Shown here in pieces: positions 22,704 through 34,980 of a DNA stretch of 64,000 nucleotides. Origin of the DNA: an uncultured Methanosarcinaceae archaeon. Its GTDB lineage: Archaea; Halobacteriota; Methanosarcinia; Methanosarcinales; Methanosarcinaceae. The position numbers and the translations under genes were made by a program. Every line of letters begins with the position of its first letter. The stretch's first letter is position 1. The stretch spans positions 192,001 through 256,000 of the forward strand of contig CAVTET010000003.1 of assembly GCA_963733675.1 (NCBI GenBank). Direction: 5' to 3'. The notes under the pieces were generated by a model. That model was not told where the DNA came from, did no database searches, and worked only from the letters and a program-made list of their open reading frames with translations.

Positions 22704-23630
22704 ATGAGCGATAACAGCAATCCAGACGAACTTGGTAACCAGGAAGAAAACCTTAATGAAAAACCAGTTCCAAAAATAACGATAATCTGCTCTGCCCTTG
22801 ACCTTGCCAGTCAAAATATCAAAAACCACCTTTTAAATTTTAGGAAATGGGAGCATATTGAAATTCCAGAAAAATTTGAATTTTCTGCAGTCTGGGAATC
22901 TGCTGATGGAAAATTTAGGCTCGTGGAAATTGAAAAAATGCACGTTTTTCAGGATGGACTCGATGCGAAACTGGAAGCTGCAGAATTACCAGCTTCCCTC
23001 ATAATCTTCGCATCCAAGCACAGTAGCAAGGAGAAGATCAATTCCCTTACCGTGCATTGCACAGGAAATCCTTCCAACGAAGCAAGACTTGGAGGCCGGC
23101 CTAAAGAACTTGCAGTTCCTTCTCCTGCTGCAATGAAATCTATACTTCAGGAAATGAAACTTCTGGCAGAAAAAAAAGGCATGAATTACGATATTACCCT
23201 CGAAGTAACCCACCATGGTCCCACAGAACTCTCAGTTCCTTCTCTATATGCTGAAATTGGAAGTACTGAAAATGAATGGAAAGACATGGATGCAGGCGAT
23301 ATAGCTGCAAAAGCTATCCTTGCAGTTTCTCTTGAAAAAATACCAGTCGCCGTAGGTTTTGGAGGCGGACATTATGCCATACGACAGACGGGGATTTTGC
23401 TTGAAACCGCCATCTCCTTTGGGCATAATTTTCCCAAGTATCAGCTGAATTTCGTTGATGAAACTCTTATCATGCAAGCTGTTAAGAAATCGAATGCTGA
23501 TTTCGCTTATTTTGATCGAAAATCCATGAAGAGTGAAGACAGAAACAGAATTTCCGCAATTCTGAAAAAATTAGGCATTAGGGTTCTCAAAGAATCCGAA
23601 ATTCGGGAACAATATGGTAATGGAAGTTAG
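22704..23630 (+). CDS. dtdA: D-aminoacyl-tRNA deacylase (archaeal DTD2/GEK1 type)
   Basis: FASKH, LTVH.TGN, LEVTHHGPT, EIGSTE.EW, GFGGGHYA. Confidence 0.92.
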   Translation: MSDNSNPDELGNQEENLNEKPVPKITIICSALDLASQNIKNHLLNFRKWEHIEIPEKFEFSAVWESADGKFRLVEIEKMHVFQDGLDAKLEAAELPASLIIFASKHSSKEKINSLTVHCTGNPSNEARLGGRPKELAVPSPAAMKSILQEMKLLAEKKGMNYDITLEVTHHGPTELSVPSLYAEIGSTENEWKDMDAGDIAAKAILAVSLEKIPVAVGFGGGHYAIRQTGILLETAISFGHNFPKYQLNFVDETLIMQAVKKSNADFAYFDRKSMKSEDRNRISAILKKLGIRVLKESEIREQYGNGS

Positions 23631-24344
23631 ATTCACCTGTAATCACTATATAAATCTATGAATTTATTCAGTAGAATGCAGATTACTCATTTCCATTTTC
23701 AGTAAATGAGTTAATAAGTATGGCATCAGCTATAGGCTTGAGTAGAGAATAATGAGGGTAGTTATTTGTTTATGGTCTCATAACAGCTTTTCAGATTGCA
23801 TTTGTAGGGGTTATGCCGATTTCAGTTTTGTTATTGCAGCAATCGTCATGATTCTCTGTTACTTGTTGAAGTGTATATAAGGGAATTATTTAAAATCAAA
23901 ATTTTTACTTGCTGAGATGATTCTTTTTCTTCGCAGTTTCCCTGGTATTAAATATGGTTCTTTAATCACATAGGAAGTTTTACATTTACCTACATTTCCA
24001 ATGTAACCTCCCCCACTCTTTCCATACTGATACGATTTAATTGTGCTGAAAGTATTGACCTTAGAGAAAACCTGTAACTTATAATTCAGTTTTTTTTGAG
24101 TTTGTGTTGAAATTCAAACTAAAAATTAGTTCTTCTGAATGGCTGCCTTGTAAGTTAAAATATTGTTTTTTGATGATTTTTGATAAATATTATAAGTTTA
24201 ACAATTAAATATAATATAAAGAATATGCTGATAAATTTATAAATATAATATTTCATTCGAAAAGTTTACTTTTCAGGGTGAAGTAATATCCATTTGTATT
24301 TTTTAATTCTCTTTCGCATCAATATATAAATCCATATCAAGAGG

Positions 24345-25538
24345 TTGAAAATGAGGAAAAAAAGATATGATAAAGCAAATAAAGGGTATATTCTCCGAAT
24401 GGTTTTTGAAATAACTTTGCTAGCATTTTTAATTCTTATGAGTGTCGCAGGCGCGGCACTATTAGCAGATATTTCAAACTCCACCAGCAACAATGTCTCT
24501 AATTCAAACAACTCTGATGAAGCAATAAAAACACTTGACAAAGCACTTGAAATTAATCCACAGGATTCAAATGCTTGGATGTATAAAGGAAATGTCCTTT
24601 CTGATCTAAATAAATCCGATGAAGCAATAAAAGCCTATGACAAAGCGATTGGAATCAAACCGCAGAATTCAGAAGCTTGGAATAATAAAGGAAAGGCTTT
24701 AAATAAATTAAATTTAACAGTTGAAGCAATAAAAGCATATGACGAAGCAATTGAAATTAATCCTCAGGATTCAATAGCTTGGTACAATAAAGGAAATGCC
24801 CTAAATAAATTAAATGCAACAGATGAAGCAATAAAAGCATATGATAAGGCAATTGAAATTAATCCGCAGGATTCAATAGCTTGGTACAACAAAGGGCTTG
24901 CTCTATATAAGTTAAATAGATATGATGGAGCACTACAAGCATATGACAAAGCAATTGAAATTGACCCGCATAATGAGTTTGCTTGGAACAATAAAGGAAA
25001 CACTCTAATTTATCTAAATAAATCTAATGAAGCAATAAAAGCATACGATAAAGCGATTGAAATTAACCCACATAATTCAGATGCTTTGAAAGGCAAAGGA
25101 CTTGTTCTATATAATTTGAATAAATTCAATGAAGCAATAAAGCCAACATACATAACAGATGCGGCAGTACACACGAAAACTAAGGCAAAAACTGAAATTG
25201 CTGAGTCAGTAAGCACAAATGCAAAAGCCAAAAATGAAACTATTGAATCAGTAAGCTTACCCATAAATCCGAATTGGGGATTAAAGGATAAACAGCATTA
25301 TTTAAATGGGTACCGTGAAGGATATACTGTTGGAGCTATAAATGGATATAATCGTGGATTTGATCTAGGAGTTAAAGGCTTGAAATATACCGGAGTAAGC
25401 CGCATAAATTTTGCACCAAAAAGCACTACTTCCCAAGATATCGGATACGCTGGTGGATATAATACAGGATACGATATGAAGTTCATTTCAGGATACAATG
25501 CAGGATACAATATTTACAAGCAGCAACATTTGAAATAA
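24345..25538 (+). CDS. Secreted or membrane-anchored TPR protein with C-terminal GY-rich domain
   Basis: Hydrophobic N-terminal segment, 6-7 TPRs (EAIKAYDKAIEINP..AW.NKG), C-terminal GYxxGY repeats. Confidence 0.85.
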   Translation: MKMRKKRYDKANKGYILRMVFEITLLAFLILMSVAGAALLADISNSTSNNVSNSNNSDEAIKTLDKALEINPQDSNAWMYKGNVLSDLNKSDEAIKAYDKAIGIKPQNSEAWNNKGKALNKLNLTVEAIKAYDEAIEINPQDSIAWYNKGNALNKLNATDEAIKAYDKAIEINPQDSIAWYNKGLALYKLNRYDGALQAYDKAIEIDPHNEFAWNNKGNTLIYLNKSNEAIKAYDKAIEINPHNSDALKGKGLVLYNLNKFNEAIKPTYITDAAVHTKTKAKTEIAESVSTNAKAKNETIESVSLPINPNWGLKDKQHYLNGYREGYTVGAINGYNRGFDLGVKGLKYTGVSRINFAPKSTTSQDIGYAGGYNTGYDMKFISGYNAGYNIYKQQHLK

Positions 25539-27023
25539 ATCCTCAATAATTATTCAGAAATAAAAATAATCCACAAGCAAATCTAGCAGTTTACAACGTC
25601 AGCTGCTCCATTAAAGCATTGTAGAGCTTTCAACCTTCTGCATTACATTTTTGATGTATTGAAGGAACTGAAAATAATCTCCAAATTTATATTTTTTCCC
25701 TTGACCATACAAAGTGGAAGGTTTGATAAGTAATTCATGCAGATGCTGCTTCTAAAGTACACGGCAGTCCAAATACAACATTCTCACCGATCCGCTGTTG
25801 TATCTCATAGGTTAATTTCGAAAGTCTTGCCATGATAATCCAGTTTTTACTTATTTAAATTAATATAACTAATCTTATATTTAATGGATATTTAGTTTAA
25901 TTATTCGTAAAGTTGGAGTTTAAACTAGTTTAATCAAAAATGAACCGTTTTCAGAAGATTTTGAAACGTTTTCTTGAGTTGAATAGGGATCTAACCCTGG
26001 AATTATAAGAATTAATCAAAAAACATGCAGATTTAGAGCCGATTCAAAAAGTTTTGTAACCTAGTATAACTTTTCAATGCAAACTTGTAATGGATACTCG
26101 GATACTCTAGACCTATTCAACATTGCTTTTATAATTTATTTAAGTTAAAAATTATTTTAGCTTATCATTTAGACTCTTTGATCAACAGTTGAAAAGCTCC
26201 TGCTACTACAAGATATACTTAATGGGGGAGGTCAATGTGATATACTTTTTCTGAAGGACATCAAGTTCTGTATAGGTAGCGATTTTTTGAAAAAATGTAA
26301 TGTTAAGTTCTTTCCGTTGTAAAATTTGATATGATAACTTTTATGATTATCTTGTTTTGTACGGAAAATGCGAGTCGTATGTTATTGTTCTCAAATATTA
26401 CATAGACAATGACTGTTTCCATGGATTTGTTGGCCATAGTGATTTATTTAATGATTTTTTGCTAGTTATAGTCTTTTTATACTAATTAATATATTTAATC
26501 CGGTATTATTTGAGATTTATTTATCAATTTATGGCTAAACTTGGTATTTATGTGATAATTAATTTTAACGAAAACGGTAAATGAGTACTGTTTTGAAGAT
26601 CAATATAATTAATTTAAGCTTTGAATCCCGGGAAAAACGATATAATTACAAGAATTTTGGCTTATAGGGAACAAAAAGATTTGATGCGGAATTATTTTTT
26701 AATTAGAAATTATTTTTATGCAATTAATTTTAAATAAAACTGTCATTGGTATTATGAAAGATATTGCCAACAAGATGGTCAATGTAGTTTTTATTCTTCC
26801 AAAAAATTATATGGAGATAATTAGGTCTTATATCGTCGTGTCTACTACGAACAGACCTAAAAGAGTGAAAACTAAGCTGCATAATGGAGAAGGTAGTTAG
26901 TAGAATTACTTGGAATGTGTTGATATTATTTTGAGTTAAATATACTTGCACCGATATATATTCAAAGTGACTGTCTTTGGGCTGAAAGTAGAAACAACTC
27001 TTCCAAGCTTTCATCCGGTTTTT

Positions 27024-27473
27024 TTAATGCGAGTGCTTTGGTGGTAATGTTACAGCTTTAAACCAAAAGTTTTCTATGGATCCAATTGCTTTCATGAATT
27101 CATCAAAGTAAATAGGTTTAACGATATAGGCATTGGCATGAAGATCATAAGCTCTGAGTATATCCTTTTCAGCGCTAGAAGTAGTAAAAATGATTACAGG
27201 TATGTTTTTAAGGTTACTGTTTTCTTTTATTTCTTTAAGAACTTCATGTCCATCTTTTTTTGGTAAATTCAAATCCAAAATAATTATATTTGGAAGTGTA
27301 GAACCTAAAAACTTGTCCTTACCGTATAAAAAACGGATTGCTTCTTCTCCGTCTTCTGCAATATGAAGATTAGTTATAACTTTTGCATCACTGAAGAATT
27401 CTGTTATTAATCCAATGTCTCCTTTATTGTCTTCAACTAAAAGAATTTCCAAAGGCTTAGTTAATATATTCAT
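27024..27473 (-). CDS. Stand-alone response regulator receiver (CheY/Rcp1-like)
   Basis: ILLVEDN, ILDLNLP (phospho-Asp), TTS, AYIVKP; start taken at ATG 27473. Confidence 0.92.
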   Translation of the reverse strand: MNILTKPLEILLVEDNKGDIGLITEFFSDAKVITNLHIAEDGEEAIRFLYGKDKFLGSTLPNIIILDLNLPKKDGHEVLKEIKENSNLKNIPVIIFTTSSAEKDILRAYDLHANAYIVKPIYFDEFMKAIGSIENFWFKAVTLPPKHSH

Positions 27474-27838
27474 TTTTAAAACCTTCATAAACAGAATTAG
27501 TTTTGCGTGGATCAATAATTATATATTAGGAATATCCTAAATCAAAACTTTTGGATCATTACTTGTTACAGACTTTTTATTTGATATACTTAAATATATC
27601 GATTTTTATCCTCAGAAAATTATCTAAAAACTTTTAATGCTACTCGAATATATACAAAAATCAGTTAGACACAAGATCTCACAAAAGTCGAACTAAAATG
27701 GAAAAGCTACTAAACATAGAATTCAGTTCCAAATTTAGTGTTGATACTAAATTAAAAATAATTAAATTATGAATCCACACCTAGAATCTACATCTATGTA
27801 CATCTGCAGAATACTGTTTAAAGCATAATTGGAGATTT

Positions 27839-28574
27839 ATGACTACTTCAGATCATCGAGGCGCTGATGAACCAAAAATTCTGGTCCAGGAACGGATAGC
27901 TGAACTGGAAAGAGCTAATCAGGCATTACGCACCAAAAATGAGATGATGAAACTCAAGGATAAACTCGAAGCCGAAATAACGCTTAGAAATAATCGTGTT
28001 CTTGAAGGAATCAACCGGATCTTCAGCATTGTAGTACAGGACAAAACAGAAGAAGAATTGGGAAATTTGTGTCTATCGGTAGCCTTAGAAGTGACAGGCA
28101 GCCAACTTGGTTTCGTCAATCTAGTTAGTGATGAAGAATTATTACACGATATTGCAATCAGCGAGATGAGATGGGAACAGTGCCTAATGTATGATAAGAC
28201 TGGGCATCGCCGTCCCACGGGAAATTTTGTCGTTCATGGATTGTACGGAAGTGTCATAAACAGCGAGAAAAGTTTATTTACTAACGATCCGCCGTCACAT
28301 CCCGACAGCATGGGCTTGCTGCGTGGTCATCCATTGCTCACTTCATTTCTTGGCGTGCTCCTTGTATTGGATGGGAAAACAATGAGGATGCTAGGGGTCG
28401 CAAATCGTGAAGGTGGCTATAGTTCCGAGCAGCTGGCGGGTCTTGAAGCTATTGCACCAGCGATTGTGCAGGCTCTTCAGAGTAAAAAGTCGGAAGATGA
28501 TCTTCGTGAAGCTTACGAGAATCTCAAGTTGCACTCTGAGGAGTTGCAGATTCGGTCAGAGGAACTACGGAAGA
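27839..28574 (+). pseudogene. GAF-domain sensor histidine kinase N-terminus truncated by IS6
   Basis: GAF-like region (TNDP.SHPDS.G...GHP.LTSFLGV..G.ANR) and a coiled coil that runs into the IS6 TIR at 28575. Confidence 0.8.
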
Positions 28575-29429
28575 GGTTCCGTTGCAAAAACTTCAACAAA
28601 ATATGTAAATCTATAAGTGATTAATAAAAATCAAAACATTCAAGGAAAATGTACTAACATTATAAAACTATACCAAATAATTGATTAATGTATTTGACTT
28701 CATTAAGAACAGAGTAATTTAGATCGATTACTTGTCCTTTTTTGATCATATTTATAGCTTCAATTCCTTTTAAAGTCTTATTAGCAGATCGAAAAGACTG
28801 AAATCCTAACATTGGATTAACGATTCTCTTTATAGATCTGTGATCTTGTTCTATAATGTTATTCAAATACTTGATTTGTCGAATGCCTACGTTTTTAGGT
28901 AGTATTTTATCAATTTTTAGTTTATCTATAGCAGGTGGATAAGCTGGATTCTTATCAACGGTTATTAATCTTGGAATTTGATTATGATTAGAACTTAAAG
29001 CTTTCTTAAAGAATCTCTTCGCTGCCTTTCTATCTCGTTTTGAACTTAACATGAAATCAATTGTATCTCCATTTGAGTCAACTGCTCGGTAAAAATATTT
29101 CCATTTACCTTTTACTTTGATATAGGTTTCATCAACTCTCCACGAATCATTTGTTGGTCTTAAATGTCTTCTTATCTTCTTTTCTATTTCAGGGGAATAT
29201 TGATGTACCCATCTCATGATTGTTGTATGGTCGACTTTTACTCCCCTTTCTGCCATCATTTCCTTTAAATTTCTATAACTTAATGCATATTTTAAGTACC
29301 ATCTTACATTCAATAAGATAATTTCTCCTTCATAATGCTTCCATTTAAAGGAATTAGATAGCATGTTACTATCTTTGGTTTTCTTTTTATTCTATTGTAT
29401 CATTAGAAAGGATTTTTTGCAACGGAACC
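28575..29429 (-). mobile_element. IS6-family insertion sequence, 855 bp, copy 1
   Basis: 16-bp TIRs GGTTCCGTTGCAAAAA / TTTTTGCAACGGAACC; no target duplication. Confidence 0.95.
28660..29364 (-). CDS. IS6-family DDE transposase
   Basis: WRVDETYIKVKGKW, TVDK, YLNNIIEQDHR. Confidence 0.95.
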   Translation of the reverse strand: MLSNSFKWKHYEGEIILLNVRWYLKYALSYRNLKEMMAERGVKVDHTTIMRWVHQYSPEIEKKIRRHLRPTNDSWRVDETYIKVKGKWKYFYRAVDSNGDTIDFMLSSKRDRKAAKRFFKKALSSNHNQIPRLITVDKNPAYPPAIDKLKIDKILPKNVGIRQIKYLNNIIEQDHRSIKRIVNPMLGFQSFRSANKTLKGIEAINMIKKGQVIDLNYSVLNEVKYINQLFGIVL

Positions 29430-29620
29430 CCTCTCTTTCTATCATCATTTCCTTTAAATTTCTATAGCTTAATGGATATTTTAAGATACCATCTTACGTT
29501 TAATAGGACAATTTCTCCTTCATAATGCTTCCATTTAAAGGAATTAGATAGCATATTATCGTTCTATTGATTTTCTCGTTATTCAATTGAATCCTTATTA
29601 TGAATTTTTGCAACAGAACC
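29430..29620 (-). mobile_element. 5' stub of an older, diverged IS6 copy
   Basis: TIR variant TTTTTGCAACAGAACC ending at 29620 plus the MLSNSFKWKHYEGE start; cut exactly at the end of IS6 copy 1. Confidence 0.85.
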
Positions 29621-29735
29621 TGATAAGTTGTGTGCTAAGAAGGAAACCACATGTATATGATATATTTTAAAGTTAATAATAAAAAGATATTGGCTTTCTA
29701 AAATTTAATACCTATGCAGATATATTTAAAAGTAC

Positions 29736-30677
29736 TTAAATATATCCGCACTTCTCAAGCCATGTGAGAGACTTTATCCATTCTCCTTTTGGCTCCCTTG
29801 AAGTGCCTACTACAAGCCGTTTCATATTCCCAACTTCTTCAACGACGCCGCTTGCTTCAATAATTTCTGTAGGAATAGCTTGGCCAGCATATGTATGGGT
29901 ATAGGAAATCACATGGTCGATTTCAGTGTGTCTGATCTTATAATAAGCTGGGCTGTCGAAAGCAAAGTCAGCGTTTGTTACCTCGGCTTCAATTTTCATT
30001 TTTACTGTATCCTTCCCGCGGAGAAGAGGTTCATTAATCTGATTCCACTCTCTCACAAAAAGTAGATCGAAGTAAGTGCCTTCAATCATTCCACGGTTTC
30101 CTTTTCTGAATTCATGCAGCATGAATTCATCGAATGAAATATCCGGAATCCTCTTCCTGTAGATCCTTTGCCACATCTCCTCATCGAGTTCTTCAATTGA
30201 GCCTTCCTGCTTTTTTGCAATTGTTATGATATCCCTTGCCCTGAACCATAACGGTCCGTAGACGACAAAATCGATATCCGAACTTTCATTTTGTAGGCCC
30301 AAGAGCATTGAACCCGTAACTCCCATACTTGTTCTGGGAATTCCAGACATGTCAAACACCTTTACAATCTCCCTAACTCGACTGTCGGAGTTTATAAGTT
30401 TAGGAATTATGTTCTGAGGACGAAATACTGTTTTTACCTCGGGTTCTGGAACTACATGAACATCCTGCACCCATTCAGGTCTATACTTTCTCATAAATTC
30501 AAAAGCCGGACCAAAATCATATTTTCTGTATCTTTTTCCATTTAATTCCCGTTCTCCATTTTCGTCCGGAATATAACGAAGTATGGATCTTATTCCATCC
30601 TTACAGAAGTAATCGGAAACAGAAAAAAACCAGTCATCTTTTGTGATAAGAAAATCCCTCAAGCGTGTTTTAATCAT
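29736..30677 (-). CDS. Archaeal nucleotidyltransferase (Pol-beta superfamily) protein
   Basis: GVTGSMLLG...SDIDFVVYG motif and C-terminal OB-like region with LVVGTSRE. Confidence 0.85.
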   Translation of the reverse strand: MIKTRLRDFLITKDDWFFSVSDYFCKDGIRSILRYIPDENGERELNGKRYRKYDFGPAFEFMRKYRPEWVQDVHVVPEPEVKTVFRPQNIIPKLINSDSRVREIVKVFDMSGIPRTSMGVTGSMLLGLQNESSDIDFVVYGPLWFRARDIITIAKKQEGSIEELDEEMWQRIYRKRIPDISFDEFMLHEFRKGNRGMIEGTYFDLLFVREWNQINEPLLRGKDTVKMKIEAEVTNADFAFDSPAYYKIRHTEIDHVISYTHTYAGQAIPTEIIEASGVVEEVGNMKRLVVGTSREPKGEWIKSLTWLEKCGYI

Positions 30678-31020
30678 TCATACCCTTCCAGAAACTTAAA
30701 AGTATATCCCATATTTTTGAGAGTACTAAGTATGGATTTTTATAAATATTGTAATAAATAACGAAAAATATATTGCATTATTAATGTATATGATTCTCTG
30801 ATCATATTTTTTTGACAGATGATACATACATAGAGTGAAACATAGATTGAGAAATAATATGAGTTTGTCAAATTTACCTTCTGCAGCAAGAGAGTGACTA
30901 ATTTTATATGTATAAATTTATTTTAATGAAGCAGATAACAGGAACTTTTTTACCGAATCAAACATTTTCTCTGTAAGAAAATATTTTCTGAAACTCATTT
31001 ATTGTATTACTTAGAAAATA

Positions 31021-31070
31021 CTGAGGGTCACAAATAACAGTCCTTTATTTAGGGGATGAAGTGAGCCCTC
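31021..31070. mobile_element. Palindromic end motif resembling an IS200/IS605-derived element
   Basis: GAGGGTCAC...GTGAGCCCTC stem; a degenerate copy lies at 37965-38018; family assignment is from recollection of methanogen IS ends. Confidence 0.4.
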
Positions 31071-31977
31071 AAATCCTTTGTTTTCTTTCACAACTCTAAA
31101 TAATCGTTTATTCATCAGATAAGTAGTTTTTGAACCATTCTCAGAAGTCGTGCTATCCACTTCTAACAGAGATGTGATACGCATTGGAATTAAATAGCTT
31201 TAGCAAAGGCTATAATAAATTCACATATCAAATATTGTTGATACTTAAGTATCGACACAATATAGAGCCGATTTACCTCTAATATTTTTCCGCGTGGGAA
31301 TCCTATCCAAATCTTTCTCATTGATTCTTGTATTTGACAGATTTTTTTCTTTTATGGTTCAATATCCTTTGATTTTTATGATATATTCCTATATCCTTAA
31401 AATATTCCTTTTACTTTCAATGTCATCATTTGATAGAAACTATAGCAAAGCGCTGTACACAACATCTTTAGATTCGCTTTTTTTACATTAGTGACAAGAA
31501 ATTTTACTGCTCTAACATCCTTTTTGTTGCTGCATAAACTATCATAGATAGCTTTTTCGTACTGATTCTCTTGCTTCTTAATGTACCACTCATTGTTATA
31601 AGATGTTCTTTTACCAATCTTTTAATTGTTACATTATAGCCTTTTGATTTTACTCCAAGTATCCTCAGTCTATGTAAGCCACTACATTTTTTCTGATAAA
31701 TAATCTACCAGAGAGTAACGTAGTTATGAAGCTGTTATTTTAAATACTCTGATCACTTCATAATCTCTGTATATTATTTTTCGTGTGAACTATTGAAGAA
31801 AAATTATAATTGAATAATAACAATCATTCTGAAATACAGCAAATATAAACTACTGAACTAACCTTTAAGCTTTTATAAATTAAAAAAGTATATATTGTAT
31901 TCACCAGAATCTTCTTTCTGGTAAATATATACCAACAAATTTCAAAAATACCTTAAATCTATGAGCATCAAGTCCAG

Positions 31978-32787
31978 GTGCATAATATGAAAAATTTTCT
32001 ACTTGATATGATACTCCTCTCAGAGAAAAGACAGAACGTGATTCTCCTTTTGCTCGAAGGGCCAATGACTATCGATACCATCAAAAAAAGTCTTAATGCT
32101 AGTGCGACATCTATCCAGCCGCAGATAAAAATGCTCAAAGAAAATCACCTTGTAGTCCAAGAAAACAATTTTTATAAGCTAAGCGAAATAGGGAAAATAG
32201 TAGCTGGGAAAATGAAACCCCTGCTAAATACTCTTTCTTTTCTGGAAGAAGATGTAAATTATTGGTTTGAAAGGGATCTGACCCAGATTCCAAAATACCT
32301 TCTTAGCCGAATTAAGGATCTCGGGCACATAACAATAACTGAACCTAAACCAGACAACATGTTTGAGATGAATGCAGAGTACGTCAAAAATGCTAAAACG
32401 GCAAAGAAGCTGGAAGCTATAATTTCTTACTTTCATCCTTTATTTCCTTCTTTGTATCTTGAAATTGCCGAAAAGGGAGCATTTGTATCTCTTATTCTTC
32501 AAAAATCGATCCTGAAAAAATGGACTGAAGAGCACAAGATACTAACAGAGAAATTTATAAGGCTGGCAAATACTAAATTTTTTGTCGGCACTGATTATGA
32601 AAAGATTCCAGCTATCACAGCTGCAGATAACTTCATGGCGATGGTCCTCTTCCCGAAAGAAGCTGCTTTCGACCGGAAATATCTATTCAGCTTTGAACAA
32701 GACGCTCTAGTCTGGGGAAAAGAATTGTATGATCATTATGAACGGCTCTCTTTAAGGATTTATGATATCGAGAAATGCAAAGAATAA
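31978..32787 (+). CDS. Winged-HTH transcriptional regulator with DUF1724-type C-terminal domain
   Basis: LSEKR..LLLLLEGP..I.PQIK.L...Y.LS.IG; W...DL..IP..LL.RI..LG; C-terminal AL.WG.EL. Confidence 0.85.
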   Translation: MHNMKNFLLDMILLSEKRQNVILLLLEGPMTIDTIKKSLNASATSIQPQIKMLKENHLVVQENNFYKLSEIGKIVAGKMKPLLNTLSFLEEDVNYWFERDLTQIPKYLLSRIKDLGHITITEPKPDNMFEMNAEYVKNAKTAKKLEAIISYFHPLFPSLYLEIAEKGAFVSLILQKSILKKWTEEHKILTEKFIRLANTKFFVGTDYEKIPAITAADNFMAMVLFPKEAAFDRKYLFSFEQDALVWGKELYDHYERLSLRIYDIEKCKE

Positions 32788-33619
32788 GATAAATTGAAAC
32801 TGGAAGTGCACCTGTAAAAAGCCATAAGACCATCAAATCTTGGTTTTGACCATCGCATAAGTTTCATCAAGTCAAAAGGTATGGACATTTTATCATAAAG
32901 GATTTTTATCTGTGTTTCAAGAAATTCAGGTTTTTCCCCATAAGCCCGCCGAGATCAGAACTTTGTTTCACTTTCTACCCATTATTAACCAACTTTAGTC
33001 TTTAAAAGGCAAGAGAAGGGATGACCTAAAATTAGTGTATCTAATTCCAGTAGTTCCATTTTGTTGTAATGCCGAATTCAATTTTTTCTTAAAGGTTCCA
33101 AGAAAAAATTCATCCATTCATCTTGACTTAACTTTTTTTGTAATAGCTTATCGAAAATTCAATATTGTGGATTTACAAAGTAGAAATTGTGAATAGTATA
33201 TACTCAAATACGTTATAATCTTTTTGTTTTTGATTATATTTTTGAGTTTATATGTTTATATACCCTAATAAGCATCTAATCCTTTCCTAAATAAACTTGA
33301 TAAATAATTACAGTACTTCACTAAGTCGTAATCGATGATTGCAAAAGAAAATTTACTCCATTTATCCTAATTAAAAGCTGATGGTCAACGTAGATGCATC
33401 TTGTTCAAGTAGATACAATATCAAAAGTATATTCTAATGTACATATGCCTTATTTTATTCGACATTTACGCCTGGGATTAACCACACATCACAAAATGTT
33501 GGAGTAGGTACTTTGAATGAGTTAAATACATAAACCCTGTTGTCACATCTATATTCACAATATTTCAATTACCATTTGATCAAGTCTGACTCTTAAGCTC
33601 TTTTTCAATGTTCTATTAA

Positions 33620-34150
33620 TCACTGACTATCCAAAGGTTCTCAATACATACAATTCAGAGTATAGGTTCGAAGATATCCTGTGACAGATCGCTAAATCGT
33701 CATCTGAAAATGAATCTACTTTGATATATTAAATTAAGTAAATCAACCAATTTTTGAAGAACAAATCAAACCTTTAATAAAGACCTATAGAAGTATTATT
33801 TTTATGTTGATTTCACAACTGATCCAGGTTATGATGAAAAAAATGAAGATCATGACATAAGTAGAAAAAGAAAAGTATCAAAGAACTACTTCAGTTCATA
33901 TACAACGAATTATAAATTATGGAAAATGGGAATTAGAATTGCAGTTTTACCTAAGCTTCCTGATTCGTCCCTGGTTGATTCCATAATTACATTCATAAAT
34001 ATTATTAAGTAACTTAAAGCAAAAGTTAAAGTCCAGTGCATTGATTGGAATTCTACGCATTGTCACGATATAGATAACCCAGTCAATGAAGATCTCATTT
34101 ATTATTCAGTTAAGGTACAGGTGAATAGATGAAGGAATTACTAAGAATAC
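33620..34150 (+). mobile_element. Highly degenerate ISH3/IS4-like transposase relic
   Basis: Fragments YYFYVDFTTDPGY, RIAVLP...DSLVDSIITFINIIK.LKAKVKV.CID with many stops; boundaries approximate. Confidence 0.45.
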
Positions 34151-34449
34151 ATAGTGCTATTTTTTGATTATAGAGAACTTCGATAAACCTCAATGCATCA
34201 GATCATTGGAGAGTTTAAATCTATCAACAGTAATTATTTCTCATGGAAAACCTCACATATTTTATTCTAAAAAAGGGCACAGCAACTTCAGTCAGTTAAA
34301 GAAAAATTTGCTGAAATTGATTCCTTAAGATATTGAAGAACTTTTCGTATCCGAAATTTCACACCTGTACACAAATCTATATTTTGTTTGCCGATTTGCC
34401 CACTATTATTCATTGAAAGTTAGATCAATTTTTAAGCTACTGTCATATT

Positions 34450-34980
34450 AAAAAATAGATGGTGTTCGTGAGTATATCTACTGGAAATGGGATAAATTGA
34501 CGAAGATTATTTTTTTTGTTTAAAGTCAAGAAAGGACTTGGCATCTGTGAGGGCATTGAAAATATCTCAAGAATAAAATCCTATTGATAAAGAATTCAAC
34601 TCTTTAAGAAAAAGTTTGAAATTAAGCCATCGAGAATGTGATCATGAATAACATTTATGGAGCTATTCTCTTGAGCTTTATTGTTCAATTATTCATAGCA
34701 CTAATTAAATATGAATTCAAGGAGATTAAACATAGGTACACAAAAGTTATAATAAAGCTTGATGAACCTGGCACTTAAAATCAACTTCATGAAAAATATG
34801 CTAAAAAGCATATCTTGCTAAATTTGATGATATTAATGATTCAATTGTAACAAAAATGAGGAAAATCTCGTGTTACATATTCTAAAATTTCATATTTTTA
34901 CATGTTTTGTCAAATCAACTTGAGCCGCAAAAAGTACTGATTTTCATTAGAAATGAGTGGCAACTGTCAAAATTAAATTA
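34450..34980 (+). mobile_element. Degenerate IS1634-like transposase C-terminal relic
   Basis: FFCLKS..ALKI...IDKEFNSL..EIKP.R...NIYGAILLSFIVQLFIALIKYEFKEIKH; boundaries approximate. Confidence 0.55.
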
